Positions 12,747 to 26,612 of a stretch of 64,000 nt of DNA are shown here, in pieces (within the stretch, counting starts at the first letter, position 1; each line of letters starts with the position of its first letter). Origin of the DNA: Octopus vulgaris (lineage: Eukaryota); assembly GCA_951406725.2 (NCBI GenBank), contig OX597818.1, positions 36,766,001 to 36,830,000 of the forward strand, in the 5' to 3' direction. The notes under the pieces are model-generated. The model worked only from the letters and a program-made list of their open reading frames with translations, had not been told where the DNA came from and made no database searches. The position numbers and the translations under genes were made by a program.

Positions 12747-13375
12747 GACGCGCTAGATAATGTAGTCTTGCACAGAGACAACAAATGAAAGAAAGACGGA
12801 GTTGTCACGGCTGGAACGCATTTTTTAAATAGATTTGTTCGGTCAGGATTAATCTGAGTCTAATATACACGAATTTTATTTCTCATAATTATTGACAAAG
12901 CCTTGAAGTATATAATAGATAGGGTATCGAGTCTTGAAGTATATAAGATACTGGCAATTGACTTGATTTCAATATGATGGCGGTAACTTATTGTGATCGA
13001 CCTCAAGATTGATGAATGAAAGAATCAACAGAGTTCGAACCCAAAAATGCTGGAGACTGAACCCAGTAGTTTCAACCACTCTGCCGCTTAACTCCGCTCT
13101 AAATGATTTTTCACTTTGACACAAATCATCAGAATCGGTATAATAGATTTAATCAATGAACTCAAGTATATGCCCAATGTGAGTTTCATCGAGAAACTGG
13201 AGAAAAATGAGAGAGGGGGGAAAATATCCTTGACACCAGTTCGATTTGAACTTAGAGTGTTAAGTGATCAAATGGGACACAAAATGGCTTTCATTCAGTG
13301 CTCTGTCTATTATCGCAATTCAATGAGTTTTGTAGAAATATAAATACATTTTGACCACGCAGAAGGCTAAATCTT

Positions 13376-13433
<58 letters not shown>

Positions 13434-14578
13434 CATACATATATGCATGCATGTATCTAAGAGTATGTATATATATATATATATATATATATAAAGAGGT
13501 AAGACCACAATAATCCATTGTATTGACGTTGCTTTCATGTTGATCTACAAACTTATATTATCGACCTTAGGGTGATGAATGGCTCAGTCGCCCCCCAACA
13601 GAGTTTTGAAGTTAGAACGTTGAGAGAAGAAACTAAATACTCGACGGCGTTTAATCTGGCACGTCGACGATCTATATTGAAGTATAATGAATAAATTAAC
13701 AACTTAAGAAGGAGAAAAAATTTATGCACCGCAGTATTTTTCGAACCCGTAGCAATTTTACTTCGTTTCCTTTTGAAGTTTCAATATAATTTATTTTATA
13801 GAGACTTGTTTTTTTTTTTTTTTAGTTATTATTTTGTTTCTATTTTCATATCATTCCCTCCTTCCCTGTTTCTCTTTCTCTCCCTCCTCCTTCTCCTCCT
13901 CTCTGTTCTTTCTTTCTTCTCTGTATTTCTCAGTTTTTTTCTCTTCAAATAATTGATCCAGTCTGATTTTGAACACCGTGATAGTCGGCCAAATAACACT
14001 TTATTTCTTGCTATTGCTGCTATTCTGTCCATCTTCTTTCTCAACGGACGCTGAAATGACACTGCCAAGATCTGTTCTGTTGCGAAACAGTATTGGTTAC
14101 CGCAGAGGAAGTAATTTAAATTCTCATTATCAAATATATTTGATAGTAATTCAAAGTTAGGCACTACTTTACTACAATGATTAGAAGATATTTTTTCTTT
14201 AAAAAAATGTCTGTACATATATATATATATATATTTATATAAACACTCACACACAGGCATACATGCACACACACACACATAAGCTTCTCTCTCAATACTT
14301 ACATATATATATATATATATCCTCTACCACTCTCTCTCTCTCATTCTAACTCTAGCTCTCTTTACGTATATATGTATATCTGTGCTCTCTACAAATATAT
14401 GCACGTATATATTCATATGCACATATATATATGCATGTTATATATTGATACATACACACACACATATACATACATCATGTGTAAGTATATATGTATGTAT
14501 AAATATATATATAAATATATATATACATATACATAGACACACACGCTCACACAAACATACACACAAACATACACACAT

Positions 14579-14669
<91 letters not shown>

Positions 14670-15500
14670 GATACATATACATAATTGAGTATAGGCCTGA
14701 ATTCAGTAGTGTGCAATAATACTTAAAATAACGAAATAACTGTACAGTAATGAAAGCTTGTGGCCCCCGATGAATGCCCTTGCTGTTGAGGATAACAGTT
14801 TAGATCTGCTGTTCATGTTGTTTGTATGAAATCTCGTTCGGAAGAAGCTGAAATCAGTGCAGTATTAAGCTGTGTAGCTGTTAGGCTTCACGTCTAAGTT
14901 CACAAACGTCTCGGAAATAAACCGTAGCAAGAAATATTCGCTGTTATTTGTCCAATGGTGAAGTGTAACACAAAAGCAATGAACTAACCATCGATAACTA
15001 ATTCTAAAACAGAAAGGACGATGGAGTTGTAGATTATCTCCAATATCTCTAGGGCTGAGCAGACGAAAGGTAGGATTTTTTTTTTCCCTCTAAATATTTT
15101 TACCTGCAGAGGTATTGAACACTATTTACAGTACAACAAAACACAGATCAAGCAGCCATCGCTATTGCTGGTTATTGTAGTGAGTTACGCATTCATCCCC
15201 ACTTGCACATTAACTTTATCATATCTAGATGGACTTAGCCGTTGATTATAGCCCCATCATAGTGCAGAATACGAACTGCTGTCCTCTCACTTGGTAGTCC
15301 AGCATCCAAGCGACTTAAGCATCGAAGCATTTAACAGCAGGAAATTTCCAAAACATTGAGTTACCGGTTCTGTTCCGGTCGAAGTCATGTATCGTCACTG
15401 TCATCCCTAATACACCAATAAAAGATACCACCGCCTAGAAATCTTATCAAACCACCTTAAAATTTCGTGTGTTTGAGGACAAATTAGACATCTGAATTAA

Positions 15501-15743
15501 ATAAAAAAAAATAATAAATGTTCCTTCTCGAGCCATGCCAGGCTCATAAGGGCCGGTTTCTCGGTTTCAGTGGCGTAGAAATTGCCCACCTATACGGGAC
15601 ACCGATCCGTCGAAGGATTACTCATTTTTGCCATCTGAGTGGACTGGAGCAACGTGAAATGAAATGTTTTGCTCAAGAACACAACGCATCGCCCGGTCCA
15701 GGAATCGAAACCACAACCTAACCATTAAGCCACGCGCCTCCAC
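15501..15743 (-). mobile_element. SINE family C variant with 15-bp TSD
   Basis: GGAGGCGCGTGGCTTAATGGTTAG head on the minus strand; TSD AGACATCTGAATTAA at 15486-15500 and 15744-15758. Confidence 0.85.
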
Positions 15744-15901
15744 AGACATCTGAATTAATATTCCTAAATGGACCCTTCTATTTCATATGCTTTATAGATT
15801 TGAGAGAAATTGGCTCTAACAGGCTGATTTGCCTTTTATGTGATCTAAGTAAATATTGAGGAGCATAGCGGGGTTAAGACTGTCCCGTTCTTTCAGTATT
15901 C

Positions 15902-16115
15902 TTTTCTACTCTAGGCACAAAGCCAGAAATGTTTGGAGAGGGGGCCAGTCGATTAGATCGACGACAGTGTGCAACTGGTACTTGATTTATCGACCCCGAA
16001 ATGATGAAAGGCAAAGACGACCTCGGCGGAATTTGAACTGAGAACGTAAAAGCAAAAGAAACACCACTAAGTATTTCGCCCCGTGTGCTTAACGTTTCTT
16101 CTAGCTCGCCGCCTT
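15902..16115 (-). mobile_element. SINE family B (alternative tail type B2)
   Basis: B body with tail ..TTGTGCCTAGAGTAGAAAAG. Confidence 0.85.
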
Positions 16116-16179
16116 TCCATTCTTCTAGTACTGCTTTCCGCATGTTGCATCACTTTTATCCCACATTTAAAAATTATTT

Positions 16180-16492
16180 GGAGAGTCGCAATGGCCCAGT
16201 GGTTAGGGCAGTGGACTCGCGGTCGGAGGATCGCGGTTTCGATTCCCAAACCGGGCCTTGTGTGTGTTTATTGAGCGAAAACACCTAAAAGCTCCCCGAG
16301 GCTCCAGCAGTGGGTGGTGGCGACCCCTGTTGTACTCTTTCGCCCCAACTTTCTCTCACTCTCTCTCTCTCTTCCTGTTTCTTGAGTTGTGCTGCGATGG
16401 ACTGGCGTCCCGCCCAGCTAGGGGGAACACATACGCCACAGAAACCGGGAAACCGTGCCCATAATCCTGGCTAGGCTTGAAAAGGGCGCATA
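16180..16492 (+). mobile_element. SINE family C2 (tRNA-Arg-like head)
   Basis: TGGCCCAGTGG A box, GGACTCGCGGTC anticodon-like arm, GTTTCGATTCC B box; tail TGCGATGGACTGGCGTCC..GAAAAGGGCGCA. Confidence 0.88.
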
Positions 16493-16970
16493 AAATAATT
16501 TTAAAATTTTGTTAATTATAACTAATAGCATATGTTTTTAGTATTATTTCACACCGCTTTATTTAATACCTCAGTCTCATAAATACCATTAAGTTCCAGT
16601 TGTATGATGGGATCATTTATAACTCGACCCATAATTATCATCGAATTACGTTTTATAGCTTTTATTCATCGCAGGACGTCCGAACTTTGGTTGTTTAATT
16701 TTTTAAAAAATAAAAAAAAAATTAAATTTCTAAGCAATATGGAATTGTTTCATCCCAAATTTCTCTGCTGAAACGGGTTAATAGTTTCGATTATAGAATT
16801 TATGAGTAGTTGGCAGTTACCATAAATAAAATTCAGTTACTAGACCCAGTTAAGGTGTACAAGGAAAGAATAGCATCTTTATTGTTTATGGTCTTTAGCT
16901 TATGGGCTCATTTATACATATATGTACGTACACATACGCACACACACACACACACACAAATATATACACA

Positions 16971-17025
<55 letters not shown>

Positions 17026-17043
17026 ACATACATGTATACATAC

Positions 17044-17089
<46 letters not shown>

Positions 17090-17133
17090 GTGTGTGTGTT
17101 GGAAAATGTTTGAAATCCTTGATACAGTTAGGT

Positions 17134-17332
17134 ATATTTGAAAAGGACAAGAATGACTTCACTGGTAGTTTTAAGCAATTTAATTTTTTTAATAATATAA
17201 TTTTACAGTTTGGTTTGTAGATCTAGCTCTACTAGATCTACAAACTAGATCTACAAACCAAACTCTAAAATCATATTTAAAATAAATTCATTAGAACTAC
17301 CAGTGACGTTGTTCTTTTCCTTTATCAAATAT
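17134..17332. repeat. Imperfect foldback between microsatellites
   Basis: CACTGGTAGTT..AGTTTGGTTTGTAGATCTAG versus CTAGATCTACAAACCAAACT..AACTACCAGTG. Confidence 0.8.
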
Positions 17333-17943
17333 TTATGTATGTATGTATGCATGTATGTATGTATTATGTATATATGTATGCATGTATGTATAGATGGTCA
17401 CGTCTCAAATGCCTTTGTTTACAGGTTCACTCGATCAAACAATTGATTGACGGAAACAGGCACTCGTTCAAAAGGAACAATATTAAGAAAAGATACAGCT
17501 GCCTATGAAATCAGTGGTAACTACCTTACTTTTTCTACATTCTTTCAGTAAAGCAGTATAATCCGAGGAAACACGTGATACTCTGTTTCAGCAAATAGTA
17601 AGTACATAATAAAAAGTTCACCGAGTGATATCATTTAGCTTGTCCTAAGAAAGGACCGTTCGTCGAAACTCTTTCGTTACATGAACTTCTGTCACATGGT
17701 ATAGTCTGTTGTTTTGTCGTTTTGTTTATGCTTATTTGTATGAGATACCGTTTTAAGCCTGATTGATTGAGACCTATAATCCTTTCTACTATAGGCACAA
17801 GGTCTGAAATTTGGGAGAGGGCGATAATCGATAACATCGACCCCAGCACTTCACTGGTGCTTAATTTATCGACCTATATAACACATTTCACATTTAATGT
17901 AATATTAGCTAATCTATGAGATATTTACTGTGAATGAGTGTGC

Positions 17944-17979
<36 letters not shown>

Positions 17980-18032
17980 TTGTGTATGTATATATATATG
18001 TGTGTATATATATGTATATATATATATATATA

Positions 18033-18520
18033 GGCGCAGGAGTGGGTGTGTGGTAAGTAGCTTGCTTACCAACTGCATAGTTCCGGGTTCAGTACCACAG
18101 CGTGGCACCTTGGGCAAGTGTCTTCTGCAATAGCCTCGGGCCGAACAAAGCCTTGTGAGTGGATTTGTTAGACGGAAACTGAAAGAAACCCGTCGTATAT
18201 ATATATATATATTTGTGTGTGTGTGTGTGTGGACGCTGCGATGGACTGGCGTCCCATCCAGCTGAGGGAAACACATACGCCACAAAAACAGGGAAACCGG
18301 GCCCATGAGCCTGGCTAGGCTTGAAAAGGGTGACGAGATATGTGTGTGTGTGTGTTTTTCTATCTGTGTTTGTTCTCCTATCATGGCTTGACAACCGATG
18401 CTGATGTGTTTACGACCCCGTAACTTAGCGGTTCGGCAAAAGAGACCGATAGAATAAGTACTAGGCTTACAAAGGCGGTGCTCCATCATGGCCGCAGTCA
18501 TATGTCTGAAACAAGTAAAC
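18033..18520 (+). mobile_element. SINE family A carrying a 5'-truncated C2 tail (about 18236-18335) in its internal microsatellite
   Basis: A head, then (TA)/(TG), then CTGCGATGGACTGGCGTCC..GAAAAGGG, then the A 3' half. Confidence 0.88.
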
Positions 18521-18613
18521 AAATATACACACACATATGCAATATACACACATACATACTTACACACTTGTATGTATCTAGATGGATGGATGGATGGATA
18601 GATGGATGGATAT

Positions 18614-18875
18614 GAAGGTGCGTTACCTAGCTATTACGGTGTTGCACTCATGGTCGCTGGATCCTGGGTTCGATTCCCAGATCGAGAGACGTGGTGTGTT
18701 CTTGAGAAAAACACATCATTTCACGTGGTTCCAATCCAATAGGTAACTCTGTGACGGAATAGTATTCTGATTCGGTGTGGGGGATGGGAGACGTTGACCT
18801 GCTCGCCCACCCAGTGGACTGGCATCATTCGAAAAGCTAAAATAAAATAACGCAGAGCAGAATGTAACCAGCGAT
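18614..18875 (+). mobile_element. Old SINE family C-like copy
   Basis: GGGTTCGATTCCCAGA B box and GTGTTCTTGAGAAAAACAC body similar to the 15501-15743 copy. Confidence 0.6.
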
Positions 18876-18894
18876 GTATATATATATATATATG

Positions 18895-18934
<40 letters not shown>

Positions 18935-19259
18935 AAGTAATATTTCCCAAAATGGCGGTTACCGTGTTAACTCTTAGATCCGTTCTCAATGCCGGCTAGC
19001 CACAGCAAATGCTGGTGATACTCAAGTTAGTGATAATTTACTAGACTCGGTTATTAATCTTCGCTTAGGAAATCCGAATGTCCTTTTAGAGACCACATAG
19101 TTTCCGTAGAGAAAATAGCGAAATTACTGAAGGAGAACGGAGATTGTGAATGACTTTCTCAAAATGCAATGACCTTGCTGAGAAAACTTGAAGGAAATAA
19201 TGAAAACAATGAAAGAGAGAAGGAGATTAAGAGGTTTTATCGTTCTCCTGATCTTCATT

Positions 19260-19320
<61 letters not shown>

Positions 19321-19357
19321 TACATATATACATACATATATATATACATATATATAC

Positions 19358-19405
<48 letters not shown>

Positions 19406-19771
19406 TTGTATGTATGCAAGTATGTATCATTGCATACATGCTGATATCACACGTGATTTCAACAACTGTTATATTTATTGTACACCGGCTGACGAGGCAA
19501 ATAGTCGACAAAACACGTAGATGTTCCACATAGTAACGTGCGATAAATATTCCGTTGCAAAGTCTCAAAATGCAACAGTTGTATGGACAAAAACGATTTA
19601 AAGACTTTTTATCCGAAATATTTTCATGTTATTCTTCTCGTTTCTGAAATTCACATTGAGGTAAAGCTAAGGCACTGACTATATACTGAGATTGTTGCGC
19701 GTTTCTAATGATTGAACACTTCTCATAGATAAGCGCAAACCTTGCTGTCTACGTTGCGATGCGATTGTATG

Positions 19772-19808
<37 letters not shown>

Positions 19809-20159
19809 GCAAGCATTTAGCCATCACAACATATATTTCAAACAGTAGAGTTTCTGAATATATATATCTTATTGATATATATAGGGGTTACTATTTCGTT
19901 CCGTTGGTCGTTCCTGATTGATTTATATACAAACCACTCTTTATATAGCATGAGGCTAACTAAATAACTGTGTTTAGTTCAACAGTGGCTGACGATATAT
20001 ACATCTACGTGGTGTGTGTGTACTCGCATATTCATATCCCTATGCACAAATTATGCACATGCATACATATATACGCACACATATACACACGCACATATAT
20101 GTATGTATGTGTATGTATATATATATGCACACACACTCACATACATATATATATAATGT

Positions 20160-20348
20160 GCGAAATGCCTAGCGGTATTTCGTCTGTCGTTACGTTCTGA
20201 GTTCTGAGGTCGACGTTGCCTTTCATCCTTTCGGGGTCGATTAAATAAAGTACCAGTTTCGCACTGAGGTCGATATAATCGACTTAATCCCTTTGTCTAT
20301 CCTTATTTGTCCCCTCTGTGTTTAGCCTCTTGAGGGCAGTAAAGAAAT
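20160..20348 (+). mobile_element. 5'-truncated SINE family B
   Basis: B body and tail. Confidence 0.85.
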
Positions 20349-20498
20349 ATATAATGTAGTTAACGTATCTTATTGCAAGGAATGTGCCAAGTACACCAAA
20401 GGAGATGCCTAGTTTTATCTGATGTGACAATGGTAATAACATCAAATAAAAGTACGTACAGGAAAATATACTGCGTGCATATAAATATAGACGTTTAT

Positions 20499-21078
20499 TA
20501 TTTCTTTATTGCCCACAAGGGGTTAAACATAGAAGGAACAAACGAGGACAGACAAAGGGATAAGTCGATTACATCGACCTCAGTGCGTCACTGGTACTTT
20601 ATTTATCGACCCCGAAAGGATGAAAGGCAAAGTCGACCTCGGCGGAATTTGAACTCAGAACGTAACGGCAGACGAATTACCTATTTCTTTACTACCCACA
20701 AGGGGCTAAACACAGAGGGGACAAACAAGGACAGATAAACGGATTACGTTGACTATATCGACCCCAGTGCGTAACTGGTACTTATTTAATCAACCCCGAA
20801 AGGATGAAAGGCAAAGTCGACCTCGAGGGAATTTGAACTCAGAACGTAGCGGCAGACGAAATACCTATTTCTTTACTACCCACAAGTGACTAAACACAGA
20901 GGGGACAAACAATGACAGTTAATTGTTAAGTCTATTACATCGAACCGAGTGCGTAACTGGTACTTAATTTATCGACCTTGAAAGGCAAAGTCGACCTCAG
21001 CGGAATTTGAACTCCGAACGTAACGGCAGACGAAATACTGCTAAGCATTTCGCCCGGCGCGTTAACGTTTCTGCCAGC
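20499..21078 (-). mobile_element. Trimeric SINE family B
   Basis: Three B bodies; junctions TACCTATTTCTTTACTACC near 20680 and 20865. Confidence 0.9.
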
Positions 21079-21139
21079 AGAAATATATACCTTTAAATCA
21101 AACAAAAACAGAATTGCACAATGAACACATTCACAAATT

Positions 21140-21455
21140 CCTTTCTACTCTAGGCACAAGGCCTGAAATTTTGGAGGAAGTAGGGGCAGTCGATTAGATC
21201 GACCCTAATACGCAACAGGTACTTAATTTATCGACCCCGTAAGGATGAAAGGCAAAGTCGAGCCCTGCAGAATTTGAACTCAGATCATCTGTCGTTATGT
21301 TCTGAGGTTCTGAGTCATATACTGGTGAGGTCGACTTTGCCTTTCATCCATTCGGGGTCGATGAATTAAGTATCAGTTGTGTATTGGGGTTGATCTAATC
21401 AACTGCCCCCTCTTCCCCCCAAATTTCTGGCTATGTGCCTAGAGTAGAAAAGAGG
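21140..21455. mobile_element. Head-to-head pair of 5'-truncated SINE-B2 copies within one apparent TSD
   Basis: Minus copy about 21141-21284, plus copy about 21287-21452; flanks ACATTCACAAATT (21127-21139) and ACATTCATAAATT (21456-21468). Confidence 0.8.
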
Positions 21456-22210
21456 ACATTCATAAATTGTGTATGGTTAAGAAGTTTGCATCGGAACACG
21501 TGGTTTCAGGTTCAATTTCATTGTGCGGTACCATGGGTCAGTGTCTTGCACTATAGTCTCGAGGCATCCGACGCTTTGTGAGTAAATTTAGTAGACGATA
21601 ACTGTGAGGGTGCCCATCGCACATGTTTATATATACCTGTGTGAGTGTGCATGTGTATGTGTGCGTACGTGTATGTGTGTGAGTTTCTTCGTGGGTGTGC
21701 TCGTCCCTTCCGATGCTTGACAACAAGTGTTGCTTTGTTTACGTCTTCGTAACTTAGCGGTTCGGCCAAATAGTCCAGTAGAGTAAGTAGCACACTTACA
21801 AATAAGTACTGCGGTTAATGTGTTCGACTAAACCGGTAGTTCTCCACCGGGTTCCATTTGGTCCTTGAGGGCCCATATGAGATATGTTGTTAAAATTTAT
21901 CTGCAATATATTGAGCAAACTTCTACAACACACAAAATATTTTAACAATTTTTTTAGACAATCCCTAATAATATTTACTCTTTTACTCTTTTGCTTGTTT
22001 CAGTCATTTGACTGTGGTCATACTGGAGCACCGCCTTTAGTTGAGCAAATCGACCCCAGGACTTAGTCTTTCTAAGCCTAGTACTTATTCTATCGGTCGC
22101 TTTTGCCGAACCGCTAAGTTACGGGGACGTAAACACACCAGCATCGGTTGTCAAGCGATGTTGGAGGGACCTCACAAACACACAAACATATACACACACG
22201 TACATATATA

Positions 22211-23791
22211 CAGTGGGGGGAAATAAATATTCGTAAATGCCAAAATTCTTCATTTATTTAATTTCTAATGAACATAAATGGGATATACCAATACTATATT
22301 TGCATACACATGCATAAACTAAGACTATGCAAAAGAAACTAATAAATTATAGTAACTAATGAATTTATATACAATTATAAATATTTAGGGGTGAAAAAAG
22401 TATTCGTGCAGAATAAATTTATGATTTTCTATGCCACAAAATACTGTTAAAATACTTTTTTTTTTACTAGAACTTTCTCATTTGTTCCAATAATCTTATC
22501 AGTTGTCATTTTTAAGTGTCAAAACACTAGCTTCTTCATTCAGCACTGAGACAACATAAAATAGTGTCGTAATAATGGCGAAAAGTAAAGAACTCACAAA
22601 TTCAGTGAAAAACTTAATTATTGAACAGTGGAAAGCAGGTAAAAGTTACAGGAAAATATCAGAGACCCTTTGTATTCCATTTACTACCATGTCTTCATTT
22701 ATTCAAAGATATAAAGAATCGGGAACTGTTGAAAACAGAATAAGATCCGGTGCACCACGCAAGATTTCCTCTAGATCTTTAATAAAAATGAAGCGAAGAA
22801 TCGAAAATACGCAATGATCACCAGAAAGGAGCTGCAAGAAGATTTGTTAGCTTCAGGGACTAGTGTTACACTACGAACAATCAGCAATAAACTTCATTGG
22901 AATGAACAGAAGTCACGCTCTCCTAGAAAAACTCCGCTATTGACTAAAAGGCATAGAGATGCCCGTTTAAAATTTGTTTATGAACATAAAGATAAATCTG
23001 ATACATCCTGGGAAAATGTTCTATGGACAGACGAGTCGAAAATTGGATTGTTTGGACAAAATTCGCGTAACCATGTTTGGAGGAAAAACAAAATTCCTAC
23101 CGTAAAGTTTGGAGGTGGCAACATCATGCTGTGGGGGTGTTTCTCTGCAAATGGTACTGGCAATTTACATGTGATAGATGGTAGAATGAATGCAGAGATG
23201 TACCAAAATATTTTGAAAAATAATTTATGGGACTCTGTAGAAAAGCTCCAGCTTTGTGAAGGGTGGGTTTTACCACAGAGTAACGACCCTAAGATCACGG
23301 CAAAGTCTACCAAAAAATGAATTGTCGATCACAATATAAAATTATTAGAATGGCCAAGCCAGTCACCTGACTTCAACCCCATTGAAAATTTGTGGCGATA
23401 TTTCAAAATTAAAATTCATTCAAGAGCCCCAACGTGCATTGCAGATTTGAAGAAAATTTGTCAAGAAGAATGGGAAAAAATTCCTAAAGAAACATGCGAG
23501 TCATTGATTAAGAACTACAAGAAGGGATTGGTTGAAGTGGAACTGAATAATGGTTATGCTACGAAGTATTAAATCAGAATTATCAGTTATTTATGTTCTG
23601 TACGAATACTTTTTTCACCACTAAATATTTATAATTGAATATAAATTCCTTAGTTACTATAATATATTAGTTTCTTTTGCAAATTCTTATGCATGAGTAT
23701 GCAAATATAGTATTGGTATATCCCATATATGTTCATTAGAAATTAAATAAATAAAAATTTTAACATGTACGAATATTTATTTCCTCCACTG
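22211..23791 (+). mobile_element. Full-length Tc1 transposon, IR/DR type, DD34E
   Basis: TA-CAGTG...CACTG-TA; inverted repeats of about 205 bp with outer GGAAATAAATATTCGT and inner GTGAAAAAAGTATTCGT direct repeats. Confidence 0.95.
22575..23572 (+). pseudogene. Tc1 transposase pseudogene
   Basis: HTH with [30 protein letters not shown] (second catalytic D replaced by S), 34 residues to SPDFNPIE; frameshift near 22815 and TGA at 23318-23320. Confidence 0.93.
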
Positions 23792-24439
23792 TATATACAT
23801 ATATACGACGGGATTCTTTCAGTTTCCGTCTACCAAATCCACTTACAAGGCTTTGGTCGGCCCGAGGCTATAGTAGAAAACACTTGCACAAGGTGCCACG
23901 CAGTGGGACTGAACCCGGAACCGTGTGGTTGGTAAGCAAGCTACATACCACACAGCCACTCCTATGATAATAAGAATATATGGTTTTTCTAACCATCAAA
24001 TCAAATGGCTATGAGGGTCCACCCGAGTGAAATAGAAACCAAAGTGGTTGATAGGTAAAGAAAAAGAAATGGTTGAGGAACCATTCGAGGAGGTCCCTCA
24101 GCATGGCCGCAATCCAATAACTGAAACATGCAAATGGTAAAAGTTAACAGATATGCTACAACATTAAGTGAATGCATCGATATTTTCATTTCCTTTTTCT
24201 TCCTTCAATCTAAGGATCTCGAATCCAAATTCGGTGATGTTTCTTATGTTCAACAGTTGCTTCGTGTATTTTGTTGCATCGACAAAAACGTCAACGTTTA
24301 AAATCATTACTTAATAATGTAATAAGATGCCTTTTCTGTAAAGGCTTGCTGTAATTTGGAGGAAAGATGAAAAAAAAAAAAAGAAAAAGAATCGGGTATA
24401 CTACGTTCTATGATTTCTATTTATATCCAATATATATGT

Positions 24440-24820
<381 letters not shown>

Positions 24821-25267
24821 GTATTGGAATCCTTAACCATTACTAGCAAAATCTATAACATCAAAGCCGCCTTACTACGTTTTATTTTTTTTTAAATATT
24901 GTATGTGTATACGTTTTTTTTTGTGTGCGTATGTTTGTGTATGATTGAGAGTGATAGCTAATCGATACTAACGCAGTAGTTCTGTTTCCATATGATGTTA
25001 TTGGTTCTGTCGTTATTTTTTTTTGTTTTCTTTTGTCGTTATTGCCTTTTGTTTTTCTTTTCTTTTTTTTTCTGTAAATGTTTTGTTCTTTACTGTCCTG
25101 GCTCTTCTTATGTGAAACGCTGGTCCGGCTAAAATATTTTGAAAATCAAAAATCTAGACACTTGCAAGTGCATGTATACTTAAGCGTGCGTGCGCGCTAT
25201 TTGTGTTTGTTTGGGTATGTGTGAGTGCGTATATGTGTACGTGTGTGTATGCATGTGCGCATGAGAG

Positions 25268-25315
<48 letters not shown>

Positions 25316-25451
25316 TGTGTGTGTGTATGAGAGAGAGACTTATGTGCTTGTATGTGTGTATGTATATGTGTGCGCCTGTAAGGTGTTATATATTCAGTAT
25401 CAAGGACCTGAACATTTTAATAGTTTGTAATATAAACACATAGTATAAAGG

Positions 25452-25494
<43 letters not shown>

Positions 25495-25634
25495 ATGGAT
25501 AGATAGATGGATGGATGGATGGATGGATGGATTGATGGACGTCAGACAGACAGACAGACAGATAGACGGACGGACGGATGGATGGATGGATGGATGGATA
25601 GATAAATAGATAGATAGATAGATAGATAGATAGG

Positions 25635-25666
<32 letters not shown>

Positions 25667-25683
25667 CAGAGGGGAGATATATA

Positions 25684-25738
<55 letters not shown>
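25452..25738. repeat. Compound (AGAT)/(GGAT)/(AGAC)/(TA) tract
   Basis: Direct reading. Confidence 0.95.
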
Positions 25739-26008
25739 TAAGATATTTTTAGCTTGAATTCTTAAAACGCAGAACTAATGTCGCCATCCGGGTCGCTTAA
25801 TACGCAATATGTTGGTTAAATTCATAAACAGACTGTGTATCCCAGTTCTTCTGTCCTTCTTCCAATCGCGATATTAGCCTCAGTTAGCAACAGATGAAAA
25901 TCAAGGTAAGACGTCGCCAGATAGATAGTTTGTAGATAAAAAAAAAATGTTACTCAAACACATACAGACCCATACAATACTACCCCCTCACAAACACACA
26001 TACGTATA

Positions 26009-26044
<36 letters not shown>

Positions 26045-26138
26045 TGTATGTATGTATGCATGTATGCATGTATGTATGTATGTATGTATGTATAAATATA
26101 TATATATATATATATGTGTGTGTGTATACATATGTATA

Positions 26139-26181
<43 letters not shown>

Positions 26182-26450
26182 GTGTGTATCTGTCTGTCTG
26201 TGTGCATGTACGTATGTATGCCTGTATGTATGTATGTATGTAGGTAGGTAGGTAGGTAGGTAGGTAGGAATGCAGAAAACAAAAGAAACTGTAAATAAAT
26301 ATCTTTTACACAGTTAAAGAATGTCTCATGTTTTGTATTCTTCATATAAATATACATATATATATGTATATATATATATATATATATACACATATATATA
26401 TATATATATACACACACATATATACGTATATGTATATATGCATATATATG

Positions 26451-26491
<41 letters not shown>

Positions 26492-26492
26492 C

Positions 26493-26526
<34 letters not shown>

Positions 26527-26612
26527 GTGAGTGTATGTATAATATACATATGTATATGTATATGTTTATATACATCTATATATATATATTTATACCGGAG
26601 TAAACACATAAA

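Larger units (their letters stand above)
21975..23966 (-). mobile_element. SINE family A split by Tc1 (21975-22210 and 23792-23966)
   Basis: The two halves rejoin across the TA microsatellite. Confidence 0.88.
21834..24085. mobile_element. hAT-like MITE interrupted by SINE A and Tc1
   Basis: Degenerate TIRs CGGTAGTTCTCCACC and GGTTGAGGAACCATT of the CAGTGGTTCTCAACC type; TSD not clear. Confidence 0.55.
21469..24140 (+). mobile_element. Old SINE family A split by nested insertions (21469-21833 and 24086-24140)
   Basis: Body stops at TTCGACTAAA and resumes as GAGGAGGTCCCTCAGCATGGCCGCAATCC after the insert. Confidence 0.7.

Noticed and set aside
16180-16255. tRNA-Arg-like sequence (also at 42061, 45554, 58690, 62888)
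   Set aside because: SINE heads continuing into SINE bodies with TSDs; acceptor stem not intact
19486-19525. CTGACGA GGC AAATA GTC hammerhead-like start
   Set aside because: GAAA is interrupted and no stem I partner was found
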